This document shows positions 1-8,056 of a stretch of DNA of 64,000 nucleotides, piece by piece. Made by a program: the position numbers and the translations under genes. The DNA is taken from assembly GCA_963712745.1 (NCBI GenBank), contig CAVQJC010000011.1, positions 224,001 to 288,000 on the forward strand, given 5' to 3'. The DNA comes from an uncultured Chloroflexia bacterium (GTDB taxonomy: Bacteria > Chloroflexota > Limnocylindria > Limnocylindrales > CSP1-4). The notes under the pieces are model-generated. The model did no database searches, was not told the origin of the DNA, and saw nothing but the letters and a program-made list of their open reading frames with translations. The first letter of the stretch is position 1; each line of letters begins with the position of its first letter.

Positions 1-822
1 GTATCCGAGTTCCTGGCGGCGGAAGCCCCAGTCGTACATGTAGATGGCCATGGTGTTGGAGGCGTTGACGGGTCCACCCTTGGTCGTGGCCCAGACGAGG
101 TCGAACAGCTGTAGCGCTCCGATGATCGACAGGAAGACCGAGACGCGGATGGTCGGTCCCAGCAGCGGCAGCGTGATGTGACGGATGGTCTGGTTCCTGC
201 TGGCTCCGTCGACGAGGGCCGCTTCCTCGACCTCCCGCGGGATGTTCTGGAGTCCCGCCAGCATGATGACCATGTGGAAGCCGAAGTACTTCCACGAGAT
301 GATCACGAAGAGCGTGTACATGACGACATCGGGGTCGGCCAGCCAGAGCTGGACCATGAACCCCAGCCCGACCGACTCAAGGACCTGGTCGACCATCCCG
401 TGGGGGACCAGCATCAACTGGAAGACGATGCCCGCGATGACCTCGGCGATGACGTACGGCGCGAAGAACAGCACACGCAGGACTGCGCGTCCCGGGAAGT
501 CCCGGTTGAGCAGCAGGGCCAGGCCGAGGGCGAACGGGATCTGGATGACGAGCGAGAGGATGACGATCAGTGCGTTGTGGGAGATGGCGCCATGGAAGAC
601 CCGGTCCGACAACGCCCTCTGGTAGTTCTCGAGCCCGACGAAGTCCGTGAGCGGCTTGAGCCCGTTCCAATCGAAGAGGCTGTAGAAGCCCGCCTGCGCG
701 ATTGGCAGCAGTACCAGCAGCGCGTACAGGCCCAACGCGGGCAGGACGAACAGGCCGACGGTGCCCCATCGTCTCCATCGGATGCTGCGCAGCCGTGGCT
801 GGTCCGTGGGCGCGGCGGTCAC
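1..822 (-). CDS. Carbohydrate ABC transporter permease (3' end runs off the window)
   Basis: Manual translation from GTG at 822 (RBS GGAGG upstream): MTAAPTDQ...FVGLENY...WKYFGFHMVIMLAGLQNIPREVEEAALVDGAS (EAA loop), several TM segments. Not in the ORF track because it is truncated. Confidence 0.92.
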   Translation of the reverse strand, partial: MTAAPTDQPRLRSIRWRRWGTVGLFVLPALGLYALLVLLPIAQAGFYSLFDWNGLKPLTDFVGLENYQRALSDRVFHGAISHNALIVILSLVIQIPFALGLALLLNRDFPGRAVLRVLFFAPYVIAEVIAGIVFQLMLVPHGMVDQVLESVGLGFMVQLWLADPDVVMYTLFVIISWKYFGFHMVIMLAGLQNIPREVEEAALVDGASRNQTIRHITLPLLGPTIRVSVFLSIIGALQLFDLVWATTKGGPVNASNTMAIYMYDWGFRRQELGY

Positions 823-842
823 GCGCGTGCCTCCCTATGCAT

Positions 843-871
843 GACGGGCCGGCCTTCCCGGCCGGCCCGTC
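843..871. terminator. GC-rich stem-loop between SBP and permease genes (partial terminator or mRNA stabiliser)
   Basis: Perfect 12-bp inverted repeat GACGGGCCGGCC-N5-GGCCGGCCCGTC just downstream of the SBP stop. Confidence 0.65.
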
Positions 872-892
872 GCGACTCTCGCAGATCGCGAA

Positions 893-2155
893 CTAGCTCT
901 GCGCGGCCTCGGTGATCGCAGCCGAGACTTCCTCAGGGGACATCGTGCCAGCAAAGAGTCCCTGGATGGAATCGTTGATGACCGCACTCACGGCCGGCGG
1001 GGTGGCCTGGTCCAGGTACAGCTGTGCGAAGGTCGCCTCGCCTCTCTTCTGCAGCAGGGTCTGCAGGAGCGGATCCTGGACCGAATCCGTGGCCGCTTCC
1101 GTCGTCGGAAGGATGCCGGTGTTGAGCGCCCCGAAGCGCTCCGAGACGGCCTCGCTGTTGAGGTACTTCAGGAAGTCGAGGGCCTCGGGCGGAGCGTCCT
1201 TGCCGATGGAATAACCGTCGCCGCCTCCGAAGACGTCGGTGGGGAGGCCCGCCCCGCCCTCGACCGCCGGGAACGGGAACCAGCCAAGGTTGGCGACGCC
1301 CTCTCCGGATTCGCTGTTGGCCTGCTGTGCTCCCGGAGCCCACTGGCCCATCAGCTCCATCGCGACCTTGCCGTTGCCCATGTCCGCGGCCTGGCCCTTG
1401 TCATAGGTGGCTGCCAGGAAGCCCTCCTGGAAGGGCTCGAGGTCGATGAGTCGCTTGAGCTGGTTGCCGGCCTCGATGAACGCGGGGCCATTCCAGTCGC
1501 CTGTGGCGATGGCTTCCTCGTACGCAGCCTGGCCGCCGATGCGCAGGGCCAGGTAGGCCCAGTAGAACATGGCCGGCCACTTGTCCTGTCCTGCCACGGC
1601 GATCGGGGTGATGCCCGCATCCTCGAGCTTCTGGACGTCTTCGAGAAACTCGTCCCACGTCGCCGGGGGCGCCTCGATGCCGGCCTCGGCGAAGAGGTCC
1701 TCGTTGTAGAAGAACCCGACCAGGCCGAACGTGTACGGCACGCCGTACTGCACGCCGTCGACCTGCCAGACGCTCATGGCGCCCTCGTTCAAGGCATCCC
1801 AGTCGTCGAGCTTGCCCTCGAGCGATTGCACCATGCCGGCATCGACCTGCTCCGCAAGGATGCCACCACCCCAGGAGTGGAAGACGTCTGGCGCGCTGCC
1901 GGCCTGCATCTCGACCGCAAGCGCGGACTTGAGGGCCTGGTTCTCGATCACCGTCACGTTGATCTTGACGTTAGGGTGCATCTCCATGTACTCGTCCGCG
2001 ATCGTCTGGCGGAGAGACTTGCCGGGATCGTTGATATCCAGGTGCCACCAGTCGATCTCGACGGGGTCTTGGGCGACCACGGCGGCGCTGCCCAGTGCGC
2101 TCACAAGGATGGCGGTGGCTCCTGCAAGCGCTCCCATTCGTAGGTATCGCGACAT
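893..2155 (-). CDS. Sugar ABC transporter extracellular solute-binding protein (family 1)
   Basis: Signal peptide ending VVA-QD; APDVFHSWGG, YGVPY, FFYNEDLF...PPATWDEF, AMELMGQW motifs; RBS GGAGGAG. Confidence 0.95.
   Translation of the reverse strand: MSRYLRMGALAGATAILVSALGSAAVVAQDPVEIDWWHLDINDPGKSLRQTIADEYMEMHPNVKINVTVIENQALKSALAVEMQAGSAPDVFHSWGGGILAEQVDAGMVQSLEGKLDDWDALNEGAMSVWQVDGVQYGVPYTFGLVGFFYNEDLFAEAGIEAPPATWDEFLEDVQKLEDAGITPIAVAGQDKWPAMFYWAYLALRIGGQAAYEEAIATGDWNGPAFIEAGNQLKRLIDLEPFQEGFLAATYDKGQAADMGNGKVAMELMGQWAPGAQQANSESGEGVANLGWFPFPAVEGGAGLPTDVFGGGDGYSIGKDAPPEALDFLKYLNSEAVSERFGALNTGILPTTEAATDSVQDPLLQTLLQKRGEATFAQLYLDQATPPAVSAVINDSIQGLFAGTMSPEEVSAAITEAAQS
2123..2136. promoter_or_regulatory. 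Putative auxiliary LacI-family operator inside the 5' end of the SBP gene
   Basis: TGCAAGCGCTCCCA matches the TGxxAGCGCTxxCA LacI-type palindrome and the site at 2247. Confidence 0.5.
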
Positions 2156-2246
2156 CCGACTCCTCCTTGGTGCGGCAGGTCGCTGCCATGGCCAACTCCC
2201 TTTGAAGCCCTGGCTCCCTGCCGATGGTCGTGTTCTATCACATCTA

Positions 2247-2260
2247 TGTAAGCGCTTGCA
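2247..2260. promoter_or_regulatory. LacI-family operator
   Basis: Near-perfect palindrome TGTAAGCGCTTGCA between the divergent SBP and LacI genes. Confidence 0.75.
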
Positions 2261-2289
2261 AGGCCAGCCGGCTCGAGTATATTGCCCAT

Positions 2290-3381
2290 GTGGACCCCGA
2301 CAGCCGGAACCGCGTCCCTGCCACGACGTCCGTGGCTGCTGGGCGGGCGCGGAGCCGCCCTACTCGGCCGACGATGTTCGATGTGGCCGAGCGCGCCGGC
2401 GTCTCCGGCGCCACCGTGTCGCGGGTCGTCAACCACTATCCCGGCGTCCGTGCATCCACCAGGCAGCGGGTGGAGACGGCCATGCTGGAGCTCGGGTACG
2501 TCGCCCATGTCACCGCTCGGGCCCTGGCCCGTGGCCGGACCCAGGCCATCGGCCTGCTGGCACAGGAGATCGACAACCCCTTCTTCTCGGTCGTCATCAA
2601 GGGCATCGACCACGAGATCTCGGCCAATGGGTACGACCTGCTCCTCGGCACGACCCACAACCGGCGCGAGAAGGAGGCGGAGTACGTGGCACGGCTGTCA
2701 CACGGGATGGTGGACGGCCTCCTGATCGTGCTGCCCCACGCACTGCCGGCCTATGTCTCGCAGCTGCGGGCGGAGCGGTACCCGTTCGTGCTCATCGACC
2801 ACGACAGCGAGGCTACCGGCTGCAACATCATCAACGCCGCCAACCGGCCCGGGACCCGCGCGGGTATCGCCTACCTGATAGGACTCGGTCATCGCCGTAT
2901 CGGCTGCATCACCGGGCGTCCCGACGTGGGGGCGACCCACACGCGCCTGGCGGGCTATCGCGACGCACTCGAGGACGCCGGCATCGGGTACGACGAGTCC
3001 CTGGTCGTCGAGGGTGATTTCCTGGAGCCGCGTGGCTACGAGGCCGCCATGGAGCTGCTCTCGCGGCCCGACCGCCCGACGGCCATCTTCGCCTCCAGCG
3101 ACGCGTCCGCCTTCGGCGTCCTGGGCGCGGCGCGCGACGCAGGCCTGCACGTCCCCGACGACCTCTCCGTTCTCGGCTTCGATGACATCGTGGAGGCGTC
3201 GTATCCGTCCTCCGCTCTATCGACGGTGCGCCAGCCGTTGCGCGAGATGGGACACGTGGCGGTGCGGCGCCTGATGAGCCTCATCGCCGAGCCGTCGCAG
3301 GCACCCGAGCGCATCGTGATGGAGACCGAGCTGGTCGTGCGCCGTACGACAGCCCCTCCGTCGGTCCCGGCGGCAGGGTGA
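2290..3381 (+). CDS. LacI-family transcriptional regulator
   Basis: HTH TMFDVAERAGVSGATVSRVVN, ARALARG hinge, VPDDLSVLGFDD. Start uncertain: GTG 2290 preferred over track start 2224. Confidence 0.95.
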   Translation: MDPDSRNRVPATTSVAAGRARSRPTRPTMFDVAERAGVSGATVSRVVNHYPGVRASTRQRVETAMLELGYVAHVTARALARGRTQAIGLLAQEIDNPFFSVVIKGIDHEISANGYDLLLGTTHNRREKEAEYVARLSHGMVDGLLIVLPHALPAYVSQLRAERYPFVLIDHDSEATGCNIINAANRPGTRAGIAYLIGLGHRRIGCITGRPDVGATHTRLAGYRDALEDAGIGYDESLVVEGDFLEPRGYEAAMELLSRPDRPTAIFASSDASAFGVLGAARDAGLHVPDDLSVLGFDDIVEASYPSSALSTVRQPLREMGHVAVRRLMSLIAEPSQAPERIVMETELVVRRTTAPPSVPAAG

Positions 3382-4904
3382 TCGGTCGGCTCATCCCCAC
3401 CATGCTGAGGGCACACGGCACGCTCGACCCAGGCGACGTCATCGCGCCGGTCAGTCCGGGGCTCTTCGGCTCGTTCGTCGAGCACATGGGCCGTTGCGTC
3501 TACGGCGGCATCTTCGAGCCCGCCCACCCTGCGGCCGACGCCGACGGCTTCCGCACCGACGTGCTCGCGCTGGTGCGAGAACTGGGCGTGACCCTGGTGC
3601 GCTACCCCGGCGGCAACTTCGCCTCGGGCTATCGCTGGGAGGACGGTGTAGGGCCGGTGGAAGCGCGGCCGGCCCGGCTTGACCTGGCCTGGCACAGCCG
3701 CGAGAGCAACGCCTTCGGCCTGGGCGAGTTCATGCGCTGGACCCGAGCCGCGGGCGTCGAGCCGATGCTGACCTTGAACCTGGGTACCCGCGGCATCCCT
3801 GAGGCCCTGGAGCTGCTCGAATACGCCAACCACCCCGCCGGCAGCGCACTCGCCGAACGGCGCCGTGAGCATGGTGACGCGGAGCCGTACGGCATCCGCC
3901 GCTGGTGCCTGGGCAACGAGCTCGACGGGACCTGGCAGCTCGGCCACAAGACGGCCGCGGAGTACGGGCGGTCAGCGGCCGAGACCGCGCGGGCGATGCG
4001 TCAGTACGACCCGCACCTCCGGCTCGTGGTGGCCGGAAGCTCAGGCGCCTCGATGCCCACCTTCGGGGACTGGGAGCGAACCGTTCTGGAAGCCTCCTGG
4101 GAACTCGTCGATGAGATCTCCCTCCACGCCTACTACGAGGAGGCCGATGACCTCGGCAGCTTCCTCGCCTCGGGCGTGGCCCTGGACCGCTACATCGAGG
4201 AGGTGGCCTCGATCGCCGATGACGTCGTGGCCCGCGCGGGTGGCTCGAGATCCATCGGCCTTGCCGTCGACGAATGGAACGTGTGGTACCTGCGCCGTCA
4301 CCAGGAGCGTTTCCACCCGCTGGACTGGCCTGCGGCTCCGCCCATCAGCGAGGACGCCTACACCCTGGCCGACGCGGTGGTGGTCGGGAGCCTGCTCATC
4401 TCCTTGCTCCGCCACGCGGATCGGGTGAGGACGGCCTGTCTGGCGCAGCTCGTCAACGTCATCGCGCCCATCAAGACCGAGTCACGAGGACCGGCCTGGC
4501 GCGAGGCCACGTTCCACCCCTTCGCCATCACGGCTGCGCGGGGACGGGGTGGAGCGGCGCCTGTGCGGCTGGAGTCGCCGATCATGGCCACGAAGCGACA
4601 CGGCGAGGTGCCCGTGGTCGACGCGGTGGCCGTGGTCGCCGACGACCAGTCGGCCGTCTCGCTCTTCATGCTGAACCGCCACCAAACGCAGCCGACCGAG
4701 CTCGGCATCGAACTGCTGCCGGCGCAGGGCTGGGCCGTCGATGAATTGGTCGTGCTGAGCGATGCCGATGTCCATGCCACCAACACCCGTGACCATCCCG
4801 ATCGCATCCGGCCCGTACCGCTGGGCGCGACCGTCGCTGACGCCCGCCTGCAGCTCGCTCTTCCGCCGGTCTCGTGGGCGCACGTCCGGCTCATCCGGTG
4901 CTGA
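3378..4904 (+). CDS. abfA: Alpha-L-arabinofuranosidase, GH51
   Basis: FGSFVEHMGRCVYGG, RYPGGNFASGYRWEDGVGP, WCLGNE (acid/base), DEWNVW (nucleophile), AQLVNVIAPI. Confidence 0.95.
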   Translation: MIGRLIPTMLRAHGTLDPGDVIAPVSPGLFGSFVEHMGRCVYGGIFEPAHPAADADGFRTDVLALVRELGVTLVRYPGGNFASGYRWEDGVGPVEARPARLDLAWHSRESNAFGLGEFMRWTRAAGVEPMLTLNLGTRGIPEALELLEYANHPAGSALAERRREHGDAEPYGIRRWCLGNELDGTWQLGHKTAAEYGRSAAETARAMRQYDPHLRLVVAGSSGASMPTFGDWERTVLEASWELVDEISLHAYYEEADDLGSFLASGVALDRYIEEVASIADDVVARAGGSRSIGLAVDEWNVWYLRRHQERFHPLDWPAAPPISEDAYTLADAVVVGSLLISLLRHADRVRTACLAQLVNVIAPIKTESRGPAWREATFHPFAITAARGRGGAAPVRLESPIMATKRHGEVPVVDAVAVVADDQSAVSLFMLNRHQTQPTELGIELLPAQGWAVDELVVLSDADVHATNTRDHPDRIRPVPLGATVADARLQLALPPVSWAHVRLIRC

Positions 4905-4993
4905 GGTGCTCGGCCCTGCGCGACGGGCCTGATCGGGCACATGCCGTTCGCTAGCATCGGTACTGTCGCCACGAAGAGGAGAGGGGACCCAGC

Positions 4994-5896
4994 ATGTCGA
5001 TCACGACGACGCGATTCGCGGGTCAAGAGGCCATCCAGATCGAATCGGGACGAGTACGTCTGGTGGCCACGACCTCGGTCGGCCCGCGCGTGCTCGGCCT
5101 TCTGACCGAGGACGATCGCAACCACTTCGCCGAGCTGCCCGAGATGACGCTCGAATGCCCTGGCTCGGACCCCATACATCTGCGCGGCGGCAGCCGTCTC
5201 TGGGCCGCGCCCGAGGACCCGCGCTTCACGTACCGGCCCGATGACGACCCGGTCGGCGTGGAGGAGATCGTCGACGGCGTCAAGCTGGTGACGCGCTCCG
5301 ACCCGGTGTCAGAGACGAGCCGCGAGATCGAGATCCGCGTCACCGGCCCCGAGCGCTTCTCGTTCCACTACCGCGTGGTCAACCGGGCCGAGCATCCCCA
5401 GCGCCTGGCAGCCTGGGCTATCACCATGATGGCGCCGCACGGTCGGGCCTGGCTGCCGGTGCTCACCGAGCCCTTCGATGCGGGCGGTTTCCAGGGCCAG
5501 CGCAACATCGTGCTCTGGCCCTACTCGCGCAACGACGATCCCCGCTTCATCCTCCACGACCACGCCATCGAGATCCGTTCGGCAGTCATGGCCGGGCAGC
5601 CGCTCGACGTGCCCTTCAAGGTCGGTACCTCGCTGCGACGCGGCTGGACCGCCCACTGGCGCGAGGGCGTCCTGCTGGTCAAGTACGCTGGCCACGACGA
5701 GGCGAGCGAGTACGCGGACATGGGCGCGTCGGGACAGGTCTACTCCCACGGCGACTTCACCGAGCTGGAGACGCTGGGCCCCTTGACCGATCTCGATCCC
5801 GGCGATTCAGCCGAGCATCACGAGGACTGGGCGGTCGACCTCGTCGACGAGGCCGAGGCCGAGCGCCTCGTGGCCTCGGGCCTGCTCGACCGCTAG
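4994..5896 (+). CDS. Hypothetical protein, DUF4380 / galactose-mutarotase-like beta-sandwich
   Basis: GPRVL, GGSRLWAAPE, ELETLGPL motifs; good RBS; lies directly upstream of xylB. Confidence 0.6.
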   Translation: MSITTTRFAGQEAIQIESGRVRLVATTSVGPRVLGLLTEDDRNHFAELPEMTLECPGSDPIHLRGGSRLWAAPEDPRFTYRPDDDPVGVEEIVDGVKLVTRSDPVSETSREIEIRVTGPERFSFHYRVVNRAEHPQRLAAWAITMMAPHGRAWLPVLTEPFDAGGFQGQRNIVLWPYSRNDDPRFILHDHAIEIRSAVMAGQPLDVPFKVGTSLRRGWTAHWREGVLLVKYAGHDEASEYADMGASGQVYSHGDFTELETLGPLTDLDPGDSAEHHEDWAVDLVDEAEAERLVASGLLDR

Positions 5897-5917
5897 ACCG
5901 CTCAGGAAGGGAACACC

Positions 5918-7420
5918 GTGACCGACGCCAACCTCGTCCTTGGCCTGGACGTCTCGACCACTGCCACGAAGGCCATCCTCATCGACCGAGGCGGTGCCGT
6001 CGTCGCCACCGCCTCGTCCGAGTACGACTTCCAGACGCCGCAACCGCTGTGGGCCGAGCAGGATCCTGCCCTGTGGTGGACCGGCGCCCAGGAGACCATC
6101 GCGCGGGTGTTGCGAGACAGCGGGGCCTCGCCCGACGCCATCGACGCCATCGGCGCCTCCGGCCAGATGCACGGCATGGTGCTGCTCGACGAGGCCGGGG
6201 AGGTGGTGCGTCCGGCCATCCTCTGGAACGATGGACGGACCCAGGCGCAATGCGACGCCATGCGCGAGGCGGTCGGTCCCGAGCGGCTCATCGCCATCAC
6301 CGGCAACGATGCGCTGACCAGCTTCACGGCGACCAAGATGCTGTGGGTGCGCGAGCACGAGCCCGAGGCCTGGGCCCGCGCGCGACACCTGCTGCTGCCC
6401 AAGGACTACGTTCGCTTCAAGCTCACCGCTGAGTACGCGCTCGACGTCAACGACGGTTCGGGAACGGTGCTGCTCGACCTGCGCACTCGCACCTGGTCGC
6501 CGGAGGTCCTCGAGGCGCTGGGTTTCGACCCGGCGATGTTGCCGCGGACCGTGGAGGGTCCGGAGGTGGTCGGCCTCGTCACCCGAGATGCGGCCGCAGC
6601 CACGGGTCTGCGCGCCGGAACGCCGGTGGTCGGTGGCTCAGGCGACCAGGCCAGCAACGCTGTCGGTGTGGGCGCGGTGGTGCCCGGTGTGGCGGCCATG
6701 TCGGTCGGCACCTCGGGCGTCATCTTCACCCCTACCGCCGCTCCCGCCATCGAGCCCAGGGGCTGGCTGCAGGCCTTCTGCCATGCCGTGCCCGGCACCT
6801 GGCACCTGATGGGCGTGACCATGTCCGCGGCTGGCTCCCTCAAGTGGCTGCGCGACGAGCTGGCGCCAGGCAAGTCCTGGGAGCAGCTGACCTCGCTGGC
6901 CGAGCCCATCCCGCCCGGTTCCGAGGGACTCGTCTTCCTGCCCTATCTGTCCGGCGAGCGGGCCCCCTATCCCGACCCCCTGGCACGGGGAGCCTTCATC
7001 GGGCTGACCGTGCGCCATGGCCTGGGCCACATGGTGCGTGCGGTGCTCGAGGGCGTAGCTTTCAGCCTGCGCGATGTCTTCGCCCTGATGAGCGAGGTCG
7101 CGCCCGAACCGCTGCGGGAGCTGCGAGCGTCTGGCGGCGGCACGAACTCGCCGCTATGGAGGCAGATCATCGCCGATGTGTTGGGTGCGCCCATCTCGCT
7201 GACGCGCACGGCCGAGGGCGTGGCCACCGGCGCCGCCATCCTGGCCGCGGTCGCGGCCGGCTGGTACGACACGGTCGAGGATGCGTGCGCGGCCATGGTC
7301 GAGGTCACCGATACGACCGCGCCTGGCCCCGACGCCGGTGCCTACGACAAGGCCTACGAGATCTACCGCTCGCTGTACCCGGCACTGAAGGAGCAGTTCA
7401 AGGCGCTCTCGGAGGTCTAG
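5918..7420 (+). CDS. xylB: Xylulokinase (FGGY family)
   Basis: GLDVSTTATK, SGQMHG, RPAILWNDGR, LLPKDYVRF, GDQAS, FLPYLSGERAP, AVLEGVAF. Confidence 0.93.
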   Translation: MTDANLVLGLDVSTTATKAILIDRGGAVVATASSEYDFQTPQPLWAEQDPALWWTGAQETIARVLRDSGASPDAIDAIGASGQMHGMVLLDEAGEVVRPAILWNDGRTQAQCDAMREAVGPERLIAITGNDALTSFTATKMLWVREHEPEAWARARHLLLPKDYVRFKLTAEYALDVNDGSGTVLLDLRTRTWSPEVLEALGFDPAMLPRTVEGPEVVGLVTRDAAAATGLRAGTPVVGGSGDQASNAVGVGAVVPGVAAMSVGTSGVIFTPTAAPAIEPRGWLQAFCHAVPGTWHLMGVTMSAAGSLKWLRDELAPGKSWEQLTSLAEPIPPGSEGLVFLPYLSGERAPYPDPLARGAFIGLTVRHGLGHMVRAVLEGVAFSLRDVFALMSEVAPEPLRELRASGGGTNSPLWRQIIADVLGAPISLTRTAEGVATGAAILAAVAAGWYDTVEDACAAMVEVTDTTAPGPDAGAYDKAYEIYRSLYPALKEQFKALSEV

Positions 7421-7445
7421 TCGGCCAGGCCCTCCCTCGGGTCTG

Positions 7446-7781
7446 GGGGCGTGGCCTTGATCTGCATGAGGCGCACGAGTGCGTCCGTCGGGTGGGCTCG
7501 ACGCCCGCGCTTGGTGTCGTGCATGCATACGACTGACACTCAGGTGCACACGACTGACACTCAGGTGCACACGACTGACACTCGGTTGCACACGACGCAC
7601 GAGATCCGCCGGTGACTCCGCCCACGGGTCGTACTCGTGCAGCCGATGCAAGCCACCCGCGACCGCACAGGTCTGCCCGTCCATCGGTTCCGCCGGACCG
7701 GCCACGTATCGTCCGCCATACCGATGGCGACCTCCGCGCTCGGGGCGTGGCCTTGATCTGCATGAGGCGCATGAGTGCGTC
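7446..7781. repeat. 40-bp direct repeat pair (7446-7485 and 7742-7781)
   Basis: GGGGCGTGGCCTTGATCTGCATGAGGCGCA(C/T)GAGTGCGTC, one mismatch, 296 bp apart. Confidence 0.9.
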
Positions 7782-7827
7782 ATGCCGGTGTACACACCGA
7801 CGATCTCGAGCTCGTGCAGCATCTGCG
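7463..7827. repeat. Three ~65-bp REP/REPIN-like inverted-repeat cassettes
   Basis: Units 7463-7527, 7587-7650 and 7759-7827, each TGCA-N6-GCAYGAG ... CTCGTGC-N6-TGC(A/G) with different interiors. The right arm of unit 1 is degenerate. Confidence 0.6.
7524..7596. repeat. 21-bp tandem repeat x3.5
   Basis: TGCA(T/C)ACGACTGACACTC(AGG/GGT) units at 7524, 7545, 7566, partial at 7587. Confidence 0.9.
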
Positions 7828-7886
7828 CGAAGCGCTCTTGTGCGTGGCGTCACCGGCCGCCCGGCCGATCCAGGCGAGGTAGTCGT

Positions 7887-7991
7887 TGCGCCCGCTGGTC
7901 GGCCATGCGCCCGCTGGTCGGCCATGCGCCCGCTGGTCGGCCATGCGCCCGCTGGTCGGCCACGCGCCCGCTGGTCGGCCATGCGCCCGCT
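7887..7991. repeat. 19-bp tandem repeat x5.5
   Basis: (T/C)GCGCCCGCTGGTCGGCCA head-to-tail with no spacers. Confidence 0.92.
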
Positions 7992-8056
7992 CGACTCCAG
8001 CTCCTCGCGGATGTCGTCGGGCATCGGCTGGACCGGCCGGGTGCGGCCGCCCATCG

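Noticed and set aside
7446-7991. CRISPR array
   Set aside because: The 19- and 21-bp repeats have no spacers, the 40-mer occurs only twice 296 bp apart, and there are no cas genes in the window.
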